A stretch of 64,000 nt of DNA from an uncultured delta proteobacterium (GTDB taxonomy: Bacteria > Myxococcota_A > Polyangia > Polyangiales > Polyangiaceae). This document shows positions 13,527 to 23,692 of this stretch, piece by piece. Position numbers and translations under genes: made by a program. Position 1 is the first letter of the stretch. Each line of letters starts with the position of its first letter. The stretch spans positions 512,001 through 576,000 of the forward strand of contig CAWJCS010000003.1 of NCBI GenBank assembly GCA_963841435.1, read 5' to 3'. The notes beneath the pieces were generated by a model. It was not told the DNA's origin. It worked only from the letters and a program-made list of their open reading frames with translations, and did not search any database.

Positions 13527-14044
13527 CAGCCCATCTCGTCTTCGGCGGCGTCCGCTTCGTCGAGGAAGCGCACGTGGTAGCGGAGCTCGCCGAGCAGCGC
13601 CTCGACACGAGCGAGATCGGGTGGATCCTCGGAAAACAGGCCCGCGATGGCTTCGACGACGGCGCGCCGCTGCTGGCGGACCGTCGCCGTGAGGGCGCGC
13701 ACCGCGGCCAGATCACCACGGCGCTTCGCTTCGCCGAGCGCTTCGCGCCGCTCGAGCACCTCCATGAGCAGCATGGGAGCGGCGGGCGCAGCGCCCACCT
13801 CGCCCGCGTGCTTTCCGTGACGCGCGAGCAGTGCCTCCGCTCGTCCGACCGGGTCGCGCAGCTTCCTGAACGCCTGGTTCACCTCGATGGCACGGCCGAG
13901 CGCCTGCCGCCGCTCGCCCGCGGGTCGGCCCGCGTAGCGATCCGGGTGGAGCGCGCGACTCAGCTCGAGGTGGCGACGCTCGAGCAGCGCGTCATCCAGC
14001 TCGAACACGGGCGCGAGCCCGAGAGTCTCGTACGGGTCGGTCAC
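13526..14044 (-). CDS. hscB: Fe-S co-chaperone HscB
   Basis: GTG start at 14044 overlapping the iscA stop; J-domain [19 protein letters not shown]. Confidence 0.92.
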
Positions 14045-14445
14045 CTGACGGTGAAGGAGTGGCCGCAGCCACAGCGCGACGCCTCTTGCGGGTTCTTGAA
14101 CTTGAAGCCCGAAAACACGAGGGTCTTTTCGAAATCCAGTGCCGACCCCGCGAGGTACACGAAGCTCTTCTTGTCGACGTAGAAGCGCACGCCGTCGGCA
14201 TCGATGACCAGGTCCCGCTCGCGGGGCGGATCGTCGGAAAACTCGATGACGTACGAGAAGCCCGAGCAGCCGCCACCCCGCACGCCGAGGCGGATCGCCG
14301 CGTCGGGTGTGCCGCGCTGGAGGAGGCGCCTCTTCGCGTACTCGACCGCCGCGTCCGTGATCATGACCGTCTTCTTGGTCAGTACGGGATCCGGCGGTGC
14401 CGCCTCTTTCGGCGGCGTGGCTCGTGAACCGGCGAGGTGCTCCAT
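14041..14445 (-). CDS. iscA: A-type Fe-S carrier IscA
   Basis: GGGCSGFSY ... CGCGHSF. Confidence 0.95.
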   Translation of the reverse strand: MEHLAGSRATPPKEAAPPDPVLTKKTVMITDAAVEYAKRRLLQRGTPDAAIRLGVRGGGCSGFSYVIEFSDDPPRERDLVIDADGVRFYVDKKSFVYLAGSALDFEKTLVFSGFKFKNPQEASRCGCGHSFTVR

Positions 14446-14450
14446 GGCTC

Positions 14451-14888
14451 CTACCCTGCGCGCTCCTCGCTCGTCGTCGCGACGGGCGGCTGGGAGAGCG
14501 CCTCACGCGCGGCGCGCTTCTTCTTGTAGTCCTCGATCGCGCTCTTGATGGCGTCTTCGGCGAGGACGGAGCAGTGGATCTTGACGGGCGGGAGGCTCAG
14601 CTCCTCGGCAATCTGGCTGTTGGCGATGGTGCCCGCCTCGTCGAGCGTCTTGCCCTTCAGCCATTCGGTGGCCAGCGACGACGACGCGATGGCGGAGCCG
14701 CAGCCGAAGGTCTTGAACTTGGCGTCCTTGATGACGCCGTCGTCGCCCACGCGGATCTGCAGCCGCATGACGTCGCCGCATGCCGGCGCACCGACGAGCC
14801 CAGTCCCGACGTCCGAGTCGCCCGTGTCGAGGGCGCCCACGTTCTTCGGGTTTTCGTAGTGCTCGATGACTTTTTCGCTGTAGGCCAT
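14451..14888 (-). CDS. iscU: Fe-S scaffold IscU
   Basis: MAYSEKVIEHYENPKNVG, APACGD, FGCGSA, LPPVKIHC. Confidence 0.97.
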   Translation of the reverse strand: MAYSEKVIEHYENPKNVGALDTGDSDVGTGLVGAPACGDVMRLQIRVGDDGVIKDAKFKTFGCGSAIASSSLATEWLKGKTLDEAGTIANSQIAEELSLPPVKIHCSVLAEDAIKSAIEDYKKKRAAREALSQPPVATTSEERAG

Positions 14889-15038
14889 GACTCTTCTCTG
14901 CGGTTCTGCGGGCCTAGCCCGCCGTATGTGGGAAATCGTGGGGCAGCGCCCCACCTGAAACGAGCCCGCGGAACGCCGTGGCCCGATTCCGGGTCGCCGG
15001 ACATTCGCTGGAAATACCGTGCCTATTCACGACAAAAC

Positions 15039-16262
15039 CTAATGCGCAGCCCACTGAATACTCTTCAAATCGATGCCCTGCTGGTGCATCTCCCACAGGG
15101 GTGACATGTCACGAAGCTTCTTCACCTTGGCGACCACGAGGTCGGCGACGTAGTCGACCTCCTCCTCGGTATTGAAGCGCCCGAGACCGAAGCGGATCGA
15201 GGAGTGTGCGTCGGCCTCGTCGAGGCCCATCGAGCGCAGCACGTAGCTCGGCTCGAGACTCGCGCTCGTGCAGGCCGAGCCGCTCGAAACCGCAACGTCC
15301 TTGATGGCCATCATGAGGCCCTCGCCCTCGACGAACGCGAAGGAGATGTTGAGGTTGCCGGGCAGGCGACGCTCGAGGTCGCCGTTGACGATGACCTGAT
15401 CGAGCGACGCCGTGATGCGGGTGTAGAGACGATCGCGCAGGCGCTTGATGCTCTCGATCTCCTCCGCCCCCTCGCGCTCGAGGATCTCGCAGGCCTTGCC
15501 GAAGCCGACGATGCCGGGAACGTTGAGGGTGCCCGAGCGGTTGCCGCGCTCGTGCCCGCCGCCGTCCATCTGGGCACCGAGCCGGACGCGGGGCTTCGAG
15601 CGACGCACGTAAAGCGCGCCCACGCCCTTCGGTCCGTAGATCTTGTGCGCCGTGAGCGAGGCCAGATCGACGTTCATGCGCCGCACGTCGAACGGCGTCT
15701 TGCCGATGCCCTGCACGGCGTCGACGTGGAAGATCACGCCGCGCTTGCGGGTGATCTTGCCGAGCTCCTCGATGGGCTGGATGGTGCCGACCTCGTTGTT
15801 GGCGAGCATCACGCTCACGAGGATCGTCTTGTCCGTGATCGCCTTCTCCAGGTCGGCAGGGTCGACGACGCCGCTCGGACCGACCGGCAGATAGGTGACC
15901 TCGAAGCCTTCCTTTTCGAGGCGCTTGCAGGAGTCGAGCACGGCCTTGTGCTCGATGACGGTCGTGATGACGTGCTTGCCCTTCGTGCCGTAAAACTCGG
16001 CGACACCCTTGATCGCGAGGTTGTCGCTCTCGGTGGCGCCGGAGGTGAACACGATCTCCTTGCCGGACTCCGCGCCGATGAGGCGCGCGATGGCGTCGCG
16101 TGCGCCGTCGACGGCGGCCTCGGCGCGCCAGCCGAACGCATGGGTGCGGCTCGCGGCGTTGCCGAAATCCTCGGTAAAGTAGGGCAACATCGCCTCGAGC
16201 ACGCGCGGGTCGAGCGGCGTCGTGGCGTGATTGTCCATGTAGATGGGGAGCTTGAGCGACAT
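15039..16262 (-). CDS. iscS: Cysteine desulfurase IscS
   Basis: [26 protein letters not shown]-terminal IQWAAH. Confidence 0.97.
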   Translation of the reverse strand: MSLKLPIYMDNHATTPLDPRVLEAMLPYFTEDFGNAASRTHAFGWRAEAAVDGARDAIARLIGAESGKEIVFTSGATESDNLAIKGVAEFYGTKGKHVITTVIEHKAVLDSCKRLEKEGFEVTYLPVGPSGVVDPADLEKAITDKTILVSVMLANNEVGTIQPIEELGKITRKRGVIFHVDAVQGIGKTPFDVRRMNVDLASLTAHKIYGPKGVGALYVRRSKPRVRLGAQMDGGGHERGNRSGTLNVPGIVGFGKACEILEREGAEEIESIKRLRDRLYTRITASLDQVIVNGDLERRLPGNLNISFAFVEGEGLMMAIKDVAVSSGSACTSASLEPSYVLRSMGLDEADAHSSIRFGLGRFNTEEEVDYVADLVVAKVKKLRDMSPLWEMHQQGIDLKSIQWAAH

Positions 16263-16272
16263 GGGGAAGGAC

Positions 16273-16812
16273 TCAGGTTAGGTGCACGGCGGTCACGAGC
16301 TCTGGTGCCTGCGGGCGCTCGGGATGGCGCTCGCAGGTCGGGCACGAGTGGACGGGCGCCTCCGGCTCACAGGCCGTGTTGCAGGCCGTGAGGTAGTCGA
16401 GGCTCGCTTCGAGCTCTAGCTCGAGCTCGCGCAGCGCCGAGAGCCTCAGACGCGTCTCTTCGAGCTGCTTGAGGTAGACGCCGCGAAGCTTTTGCGCGGC
16501 CTGGGGCGCCGAGCCCGAGCCTTCTTGCTCGCGCACGAGGCTCTGGATCTCGGAAAGTGAGAGACCGAGATTTTGGAGCTTCGCGATCCAGCGCACCCGG
16601 ACGAGCGCATCGTGCGTGAACAGGCGGTAGCGACCCTTCGAGCGCTCGTGAGCCTTCAGAAGCCCGAGCTCTTCGTAGAGGTGGATGGCCCGCACCGTCT
16701 TGTTTGCGGCCTTAGCGAGGTCACCCACCTGGAACAGATCGAGCTCGCGCTCGAGCTCTCCGGGGCGGGAGGGCTCCTCGATGTTGGCTAGAGGGAGATG
16801 GCGGGGCGGCAT
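16273..16812 (-). CDS. MerR-family regulator with C-terminal Cx3Cx8Cx2C
   Basis: [41 protein letters not shown], coiled coil; 10 bp upstream of iscS. Confidence 0.9.
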   Translation of the reverse strand: MPPRHLPLANIEEPSRPGELERELDLFQVGDLAKAANKTVRAIHLYEELGLLKAHERSKGRYRLFTHDALVRVRWIAKLQNLGLSLSEIQSLVREQEGSGSAPQAAQKLRGVYLKQLEETRLRLSALRELELELEASLDYLTACNTACEPEAPVHSCPTCERHPERPQAPELVTAVHLT

Positions 16813-16830
16813 TCCAGTGTGAGCAAACTC

Positions 16831-16877
16831 ACCCTTACGTATGGGTAAGGGTTAGTCCCCGCCGGACCCTCTGTCAA
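16831..16877 (-). promoter_or_regulatory. Sigma70-like promoter with MerR-type palindromic operator
   Basis: TTGACA (16877-16872), 17 bp, TAACCC; inverted repeat ACCCTTAC-N6-GTAAGGGT at 16831-16852. Confidence 0.7.
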
Positions 16878-16900
16878 CCGCCCTCGGGCCCGACGGGCGC

Positions 16901-17677
16901 CTACTTGGCGACGGGGGCGTCGTAGCGGCGCAGGCGCGCCTCGATGCGGCGCCGCCGATCGCGGGATTCGTCGAGCAGGACCTCGAGCTCGAGGTTCTTA
17001 TCGTGCCAAACGGCGGGACGCGCATCGGGCGGAGCCGCACCAAGCGGCGGCGCCCCGGCCTCTGAGTTGACCGAGCCACGCACGAGCCGCGAGATCCGCG
17101 GGACGCTCGCGAAGTAGCCGGAGCGCACGTCGTTACCGATCGCGACGCCGACGAGCTCCCCGGCATCGTTGAAGAGACCGGACCCGGATGCGCCGGGCGC
17201 AAGCCGCTCGGTGTGCACGAACCCCTCGTCGACCGTCTGGGGGTGAACGATCACGCCGCTCCACGGCACGGGCACGTGGGCCACCATGCGCGTCGTGCGC
17301 TCGGGGTCGAGCGGCGCTCGCGAGAGCTCGGCCGGAACGAGCCCCGTCGCGCTGAAAGCGGCGAGATCGGAGCCCGCATCGCGCCTGAGCACGTGGCCCG
17401 TGTCGCTGCGCGCACGAACACGGCCGCGATCGACGGTGGCATAGTGAACGATGCGGCCGGGCACGCAGTGGCTCGCCGTCACCGCGAGATCCGGGGAAAG
17501 CGCGACCGCACCACAGACGATGCCGCGCGGCCCTTCGATGGCGAGCGTGGATTCATCGCCAATCGCGGGACTTTCGGACGGGGAGGCGTGGCAGGCGACA
17601 GCGAGCGCAAGGGTACCGAGCACCCCGAGCCCACACGACCGCCCACCCCGCCGAGCGGGGACGAGGGAACCGAGCAC
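16901..17677 (-). CDS. Trypsin-like serine protease, lipoprotein
   Basis: Lipobox LAVAC; triad motifs TASHC, SDLA, GASGSGLF. Confidence 0.75.
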   Translation of the reverse strand: MLGSLVPARRGGRSCGLGVLGTLALAVACHASPSESPAIGDESTLAIEGPRGIVCGAVALSPDLAVTASHCVPGRIVHYATVDRGRVRARSDTGHVLRRDAGSDLAAFSATGLVPAELSRAPLDPERTTRMVAHVPVPWSGVIVHPQTVDEGFVHTERLAPGASGSGLFNDAGELVGVAIGNDVRSGYFASVPRISRLVRGSVNSEAGAPPLGAAPPDARPAVWHDKNLELEVLLDESRDRRRRIEARLRRYDAPVAK

Positions 17678-17873
17678 GCCCCCTCTTGTGGGCGCGGCCC
17701 GCCCGTGATCACCCTGCCCGTGGCGGCGACACCGAGGGCCCCTGACGCACCTGGAGGGGCTCGCCGGGAGCCAAAACGCAAAGCTGAGCCAAAACGTACG
17801 GCCCCGGGGACATCACGAAAGAGAAGTCGATGCGAACCCCCAACCCAGCGTCGATCCGTGGGAACCATGTCGC

Positions 17874-18452
17874 GTGGTAACGGAATCGAACCCCTCGACC
17901 CGATCGGGAGCGGGGCCGACGGACGCCGCCCTGGTTCTGGCCGCGCGAGCAGGGGAAAGCTGGGCGCAGGAGGCGCTCTATCAGCGCTACGCCCGGATGG
18001 TGATTGGACTCTCGCAGCGGATCCTCGCGGGGCGGGACGACGCGGACGATCTCGCCCAGGACGCCTTCGTCTACGCCTTCACGCGCCTCGACACCTTGCA
18101 AAATCCGCAGGCTTTCCAGGCCTGGCTGCGCTCGATCGTGGCGCGCACGGCGAGCAAGCGGCTGCGGCGACAGCGCCTGCTCGTGCGGCTCGGCATCAAG
18201 CGAGCCGAGCCGATCGAGCCGGACACCGTGGTCGCTCCGACGGCACCAGCGGACGTCGCCGCCGAGCTCCGGAGCATCTACCGCGTGCTCGAGCGACTGC
18301 CGCCGGAGGAGCGGGTGGCGCTCGTGCTGCGTCGAGTGGAGGGGCTCGACCTCGCGGAGATTGCCGAGCACATGAAGCTCAGCCTCGCCACGGTCAAGCG
18401 GCGCATCGTGGCCGCCGAAGCGCGCCTCGAGCGGGCGAAGGTGCGCGGGTGA
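17874..18452 (+). CDS. ECF sigma factor
   Basis: DADDLAQDAF, FQAWL (sigma2); LPPEERVAL..EIAEHMKLSLATVKRR (sigma4). Confidence 0.93.
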   Translation: MVTESNPSTRSGAGPTDAALVLAARAGESWAQEALYQRYARMVIGLSQRILAGRDDADDLAQDAFVYAFTRLDTLQNPQAFQAWLRSIVARTASKRLRRQRLLVRLGIKRAEPIEPDTVVAPTAPADVAAELRSIYRVLERLPPEERVALVLRRVEGLDLAEIAEHMKLSLATVKRRIVAAEARLERAKVRG

Positions 18453-18456
18453 ACCG

Positions 18457-19557
18457 ATGAGCACGCCTGCCCAACCCCCCACCCAGCCGTCGCTCGCGAG
18501 GCACGTGGCGGTCAACGTGAACCCGGCGCGCGTCGCGCGCGTGTGGGCGTCCGTGTCGGCAAGGCTCGAGCGCACACCGGCGCGCGGGCGGCGCGTGCTC
18601 GTCTGGACCCTCGTGGCGAGCGGCGCGGCGGCGGCGGCCCTGTGGTTCTCGCTCGGCCGATTCGGCGACACGGGGGCGCCTTCAGCCTGGCAACGCGCGG
18701 CCCTCGAAACGTCGAGCGACGCCATGGCGGTGAAGCTCGACGACGGCTCGCGGCTCGAGCTCGCCGCGCACACGCGGGTCAAGGTCACCGAGAACGAGCC
18801 CTCGGCCGTCGCGCTCGATCTCGAGCACGGGCGCGTCGATTGCGACATCACGCCGCGACCAGGACGGCAGTTCGCGGTCCGCGCGCAGGGCGTCGAGGTG
18901 CGCGTGACCGGCACCCGCTTCAGCGTCGAGATCGCGTCGACGGGCCGGGTCGAGGTCGAGGTGTCGCGCGGCTCCGTGGAGGTGTCGCGAGGCGCGGTGA
19001 AACGACGCCTCTCGGCGGGCGAGCGCTGGTCGATCGATCTCGAGCAACCGGGCGCCGAGAGCGAGCCGAGCCGAGAGCCCTCACCCGCCGCCGAGCCCGT
19101 CGCCCCCGAACCGACCGCGAGCACCGTCGAAACGGCCCGGCCGAGCCCCGCGCCATCGGCGGCAACGCGCGAGCCGGCCGCCGCGGGCGCGCGCGAGCTC
19201 TTCGACCTCGGCAACGCCGCGCGCCGCGCGGGCGACGCGGCCGGCGCGGCACGCGCCTACGAACAGCTGCTCGAGCACTATCCGCGTGACGGGCGAGCCG
19301 GGCTCGCGGCGTTCGAGCTCGGGCGACTGCGCATGGACCGGCTCGGCGATCTGCATGGCGCCATCCAAGCGCTGCAGCGCGCCGTGACGCTTGCCCCGGG
19401 CGCCGGCTTCCGCGAGGACGCCATGGCGCGCCTCGTCGACGCTTACGCGGCCGCTGGGGCGACCGAGCGCTGCCGCTCGGCCCAGAGCGCCTACCTCGCG
19501 AGCTATCCAGGGGGCGTCCACGCCAGTGCGGTCTCGCGCCGCTGCGGCGCTCGCTAG
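18457..19557 (+). CDS. FecR-like anti-sigma factor with TPR C-terminus
   Basis: TM helix, LDDGSRLEL, VRVTGTRFSV, VEVSRGSVEV; TPR-like helices, YLASYPGG. Confidence 0.85.
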   Translation: MSTPAQPPTQPSLARHVAVNVNPARVARVWASVSARLERTPARGRRVLVWTLVASGAAAAALWFSLGRFGDTGAPSAWQRAALETSSDAMAVKLDDGSRLELAAHTRVKVTENEPSAVALDLEHGRVDCDITPRPGRQFAVRAQGVEVRVTGTRFSVEIASTGRVEVEVSRGSVEVSRGAVKRRLSAGERWSIDLEQPGAESEPSREPSPAAEPVAPEPTASTVETARPSPAPSAATREPAAAGARELFDLGNAARRAGDAAGAARAYEQLLEHYPRDGRAGLAAFELGRLRMDRLGDLHGAIQALQRAVTLAPGAGFREDAMARLVDAYAAAGATERCRSAQSAYLASYPGGVHASAVSRRCGAR

Positions 19558-19626
19558 GACCGCGAGCGGTGCGGCCGGCGCGCCGTCCCTTGCCAACGCG
19601 CTCGACCCGGCGCACACCTCGCGTGC

Positions 19627-20640
19627 GTGAGGCTCGCCTACCGCATCACCGCCCTGCTCGCGGGCCTCGTCGCGTTCGCGGCGTGCCGCGACGCACGCGC
19701 GTGCGGCGAGGCGGGACGCCCCTGGGTGAGCGTCGCCTTTTCCGCGCCCGGCTGGCCCGAGGGCTTCGCGGAGCGTGTGCTCGGCGATCTGCGTGCCGGC
19801 CTGAAGAATCGCGGCATCGAGACCTGTGGCGACGCAGACCCCGCCGTCGGTGCGCCGATCGCCACGGTGCGCGTCACCTCGAGCAGCGGCAAGAGCGTCG
19901 TGGTCGCGGTGGAGATCCGCGACGCGTTGACCGAGAAGCGCGTGAGCCGCGACATCGACCTCGCGCGCGTGCCGGAGGACGGCCGGGCCTTCGCGGTGGC
20001 CATCGCCGTCGACGAGCTCGTCTGGGCGAGCTGGGCCGAGATCGCGCTCACCGGCCACCGGGAAAGGGCCCCCCGCGCGGCGCCGCCCGAGGTCGTGCGC
20101 GGCGTGGAGCGTGCCATGCCGCGGCGAGACACGCCCTCGCTACGCCTCGGCGCGCTGTTCGTCGCGAGCCGTTACGGGGGAGGCCAGCGCGAGCTCGGTG
20201 CCGACGCCAGCTTCGTTTTCCCGTTGCCCGCACGGCTCGGGCTCGGGGTCGCCCTCGGCCTCAGGCAGGGACGCGAGGTCGATGCGAGCCACGGGCGCGT
20301 GCAAGAGAGCGCGCTCGGGCTCGGCGCCGACCTGAGGTTTTTGCCGCTGCGCACGCAGCGGGTCGAGCTCGGGCTTTCGCTCGGGCCGCGCGCCTCTCTC
20401 GTTCGGTTCTCGGGTCGCGCCGATGCGGCGGCGCGCGGCTCCGAGCTCACGGGGCTCGTGCTCTTCGCTCGCGCGAAGGTCATCGCCGGTGTGCGCCTTT
20501 TAGGCCCGTTGTGGCTCGAGGCCGGCTTCGGCGCGGGCGCTCCCCTGCGCGCCCTCGAGGCGACGGACGCGGGGCAGGTCGTCTCCGGGGTTTCCGGCCT
20601 CGAGCTCACGGCGAGCGGCGGGCTGCTGGTGGATCTGTGA
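19627..20640 (+). CDS. Exported hypothetical protein with C-terminal beta-barrel-like region
   Basis: Signal peptide; amphipathic strands; lies in the ECF operon. Confidence 0.6.
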   Translation: MRLAYRITALLAGLVAFAACRDARACGEAGRPWVSVAFSAPGWPEGFAERVLGDLRAGLKNRGIETCGDADPAVGAPIATVRVTSSSGKSVVVAVEIRDALTEKRVSRDIDLARVPEDGRAFAVAIAVDELVWASWAEIALTGHRERAPRAAPPEVVRGVERAMPRRDTPSLRLGALFVASRYGGGQRELGADASFVFPLPARLGLGVALGLRQGREVDASHGRVQESALGLGADLRFLPLRTQRVELGLSLGPRASLVRFSGRADAAARGSELTGLVLFARAKVIAGVRLLGPLWLEAGFGAGAPLRALEATDAGQVVSGVSGLELTASGGLLVDL

Positions 20641-21863
20641 TGGTCTCGACAACCGCCGCCAGGAACCCCTTGCTCTCGCGTGCGCTCTTACTCGTGCTCG
20701 CCGTGATACCGGGGCTCGCCTGCGTCGAGCGCGGCGACGTCCTCACGCCCGAGCCGGCAGATTCGCAGAAACCGGGCGCCGTCGTCGCGGACGTGAGCGC
20801 GGGGCGGCAGCACACGCTCGCCGTTGCGGGCGGGAAGCTCTACGCCTGGGGCGAGAACGACAGTGGCAAGCTCGGCGTCGGCGATACCGACTGGCGCTAC
20901 GAGCCCGTGCCCGTCGACAGCCCTCGCACCTTCCGCGCTGTAGCGGCGGCCAACGAGCACAGCTGCGCCATCGACGACCTCTCGGACGTTTATTGCTTCG
21001 GCGAGGGCTCGCGCGGCCAGCTCGGACAGGGCGACCGCGAATCGAGCCTCGTGCCGCTCAAGGTGAGCCTACCGGCGCCCGCAGCGAGCATCTCCGCTCG
21101 TTTCAGCCACACCTGTGCGCTCCTCAAGGACGCGAGGCTCTACTGCTGGGGGCAAAACGACGAAGGCCAGCTCGGGCAAGGCGACCCCGGCGTCGGTGCC
21201 GACACGACGGCCGCCGACGGCCTGAGCCCGCTACCGGTCGGCGACGCCGAATGGCTCGACGTCGGCGCGGGCGACGGGCACACCTGTGCCGTTCGGCTCG
21301 ACGGCACCCTTCTCTGCTGGGGCCGCAACACGAGCCACGAGCTCGGGCCGGACGAAACGCGCGTCCAGGTGCGAAGCCCGGTCGAGGTCGACGCCGCGCG
21401 CGATTGGCTGCGAGCGATGCCAGGACAACAGTACACGTGCGCGCTCAAGCGCGACGCGTCGGTGTGGTGCTGGGGCGAGAACGTCGGTAGCGCGGGCGGC
21501 GACGGCTTCCCGCTCGGCATCGCCGCCGACCAGCTCGATCGACCCACGCGCGTCGGCACGCTCGATGCCGCGGATCTTTCGACCGAGGTGTTCCACACCT
21601 GCTCGGTCACGCACGCTTCCGATCTTTACTGCTGGGGGCGCGGCATCGAGGGCCAGCTCGGCACGGGCGACATCGAGCTCCGCCGCGAGCCGACGCTCGT
21701 CGCCACCGGCATCGCGAAGGTCACGACGTCATGGTTTACGACCTGCGTCCTCACCGTCGCCGGCAGGATCGGCTGCGCCGGCAAGAACGAGCACGGCGAG
21801 CTCGGCACGGGCGACATGATGCGGCAAAGCGTCTTCACCGAGCCGAGCTTTCCCTCGCCCTAG
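20640..21863 (+). CDS. RCC1/BLIP-II repeat beta-propeller lipoprotein
   Basis: ATG 20640; lipobox GLAC; repeats HTC..LYCWGxNxxGQLG. Confidence 0.88.
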   Translation: MVSTTAARNPLLSRALLLVLAVIPGLACVERGDVLTPEPADSQKPGAVVADVSAGRQHTLAVAGGKLYAWGENDSGKLGVGDTDWRYEPVPVDSPRTFRAVAAANEHSCAIDDLSDVYCFGEGSRGQLGQGDRESSLVPLKVSLPAPAASISARFSHTCALLKDARLYCWGQNDEGQLGQGDPGVGADTTAADGLSPLPVGDAEWLDVGAGDGHTCAVRLDGTLLCWGRNTSHELGPDETRVQVRSPVEVDAARDWLRAMPGQQYTCALKRDASVWCWGENVGSAGGDGFPLGIAADQLDRPTRVGTLDAADLSTEVFHTCSVTHASDLYCWGRGIEGQLGTGDIELRREPTLVATGIAKVTTSWFTTCVLTVAGRIGCAGKNEHGELGTGDMMRQSVFTEPSFPSP

Positions 21864-22178
21864 TCTCGACTTCGGGAGGACTCTGAAGGCAGATCGGCGC
21901 GAACGGCGCCCTCGCTGCGCGAGAGAGCCCGCGCGGCCGGCGACGCCACGCGGCGCGGTCGTTCGAAACGGATCTTTGCGAAACTGCCGGCCTGAGCCGT
22001 CGCTGGCGCGCCGGGGTACGTGCCTCTTCGTGGAGACCACACGGCCGCCGTCGAGGTACAAGGGCACGACGACCCTGCGGCGGCGTGCAGCTCGTCGCGT
22101 CGCTCACCCCGTGCGCCGCTCGCCTCGACGCGAAAAAGCCCCAAAGCGCCAGCGCACTCCACCTCGAGGACAATTTCC

Positions 22179-23292
22179 ATGAAACGTTGGTCGTCGCGCG
22201 GCACCCTCGCGGGCTTGCTCTCCGGCGGAGCGCTTTTCATCGCCTGTCAGAAGCTCCCACCCACCAAGCCGCTCGAGTCGGATGGGACGGGCGGCGGAGC
22301 GCAGGGTGGGACGGGCGGCGGAGCGCAGGGCGGCACGGGCGCCGGCTCGGCGGGCGTGTCGGGCGACAGCACCGCGGGAGGCAGCGCCGGCTCGGCCGGA
22401 ACGATGGCGACCGAAGGCGGCGAGAGCGCCGGCGGCAGCGCCGCGAGCGGGGGCGACGCCGGGATGGCAAGCGGCGGCAAGGCCGGCGGCGGCGCCGGCC
22501 GAGGCGGGAGCAAAAGCGGCGGAGAGGCGGGCGCACCGGAGGGCGGTGCTAGCGACGGCGGCGCGGGCACGGGCGCAACCGGCCACGACGAGTTTTTCGG
22601 CGCCAGCCGCTGCAGCTCGGCCTTCGACTTCTGCGAGGACTTCGAGAGCGGCACGCTCTCGAGCAGTCGATGGCAAATCCAGTCCTCGGGGCAAGATCCC
22701 GTGGTGGAAACGACGCGCGCGGCGCGCGGCGCGCATTCCGTCCATTTTCACACGGACGACAACGGCCTCTCGCTCCTCCACACCCGCACCCCCTTCCCCC
22801 GCCCCAACAACAAATATTACGGCCGACTGTTCGTCTGGTTCGACTCGATGCCCACGGCGCCGACGTGGGCCCACTGGAGCATCGCCGCCTCGGATTCCGA
22901 CAGCGAAGAAACCGAGATCCGCGTCGGCGGCCAGTACGACAACACCAAGAACCGCTTCGGTGTCGGCACCGATCACGGCCCCACGGGCGACTGGACGAAC
23001 CTCGATCAGGATCCCGGCGACCCCGTTCCCGTTAGGACGTGGGTGTGCGTCGAGTGGCTACACGACGGCGAGACGGATCAGACGGATCTGTGGTGGGACG
23101 GCGTGGCGAGGCCCTCGCTGCACACCACCGCCACCGACCACGGCGGCAGCTCTTCGGATTATACCATGCCTCCCATCGACTCGGCGTGGATCGGCTGGTG
23201 GCTTTACCAGGCCGGGACGACCCCCGATCACTTCGACGTCTCGGATCGACGAGGTCGTGATCGACGACGAGCGCGTCGGCTGCGTCAACTAG
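22179..23292 (+). CDS. Gly-rich-linker lipoprotein with Cip1/polysaccharide-lyase-like jelly-roll domain (+1 frameshift near 23242)
   Basis: Lipobox FIAC; FCEDFESG, YYGRLFVWF, WVCVEW; removing one base restores DVWIDEVVIDDERVGC. Confidence 0.65.
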
Positions 23293-23692
23293 CAGGCTGT
23301 CGTTCTAGCGCAGCAGTACGAGCGGGCGGACGCCCGTGTCGCGCGAGCGGAACGGCACGCGCGAAAACGCCCACCCCGTGCACCAGGGGTCGCCTTCAAA
23401 CCCCATCCCTCCACCCCGCTCACGCGTCTCGCCTCACGCCGTTTCGACGCCAGCTTTGCGCACGAACGACGCGCACACCGAACCGCCGCGCCAGCGGGCG
23501 TGGGCGCACGTTGGACGCGCGTGTAGGTAGGTGAAGGGGGCGCGTCTCGCACGCGTTGTGGGAAACCTGTTGTCCTACAAATCGAGCGCGCTGCTCCAAA
23601 ACGGGTGACCAAATCTCTGTCGCTCGATCCACTAAAGGAGGCGGGCGTCGCTACCGTATTGTTGACGCTCCGCGCAACGCCGGAAGGGCCGC

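Noticed and set aside
22284-22331. 24-bp tandem repeat and other GGC-rich tracts
   Set aside because: They encode ordinary Gly-rich lipoprotein linkers.
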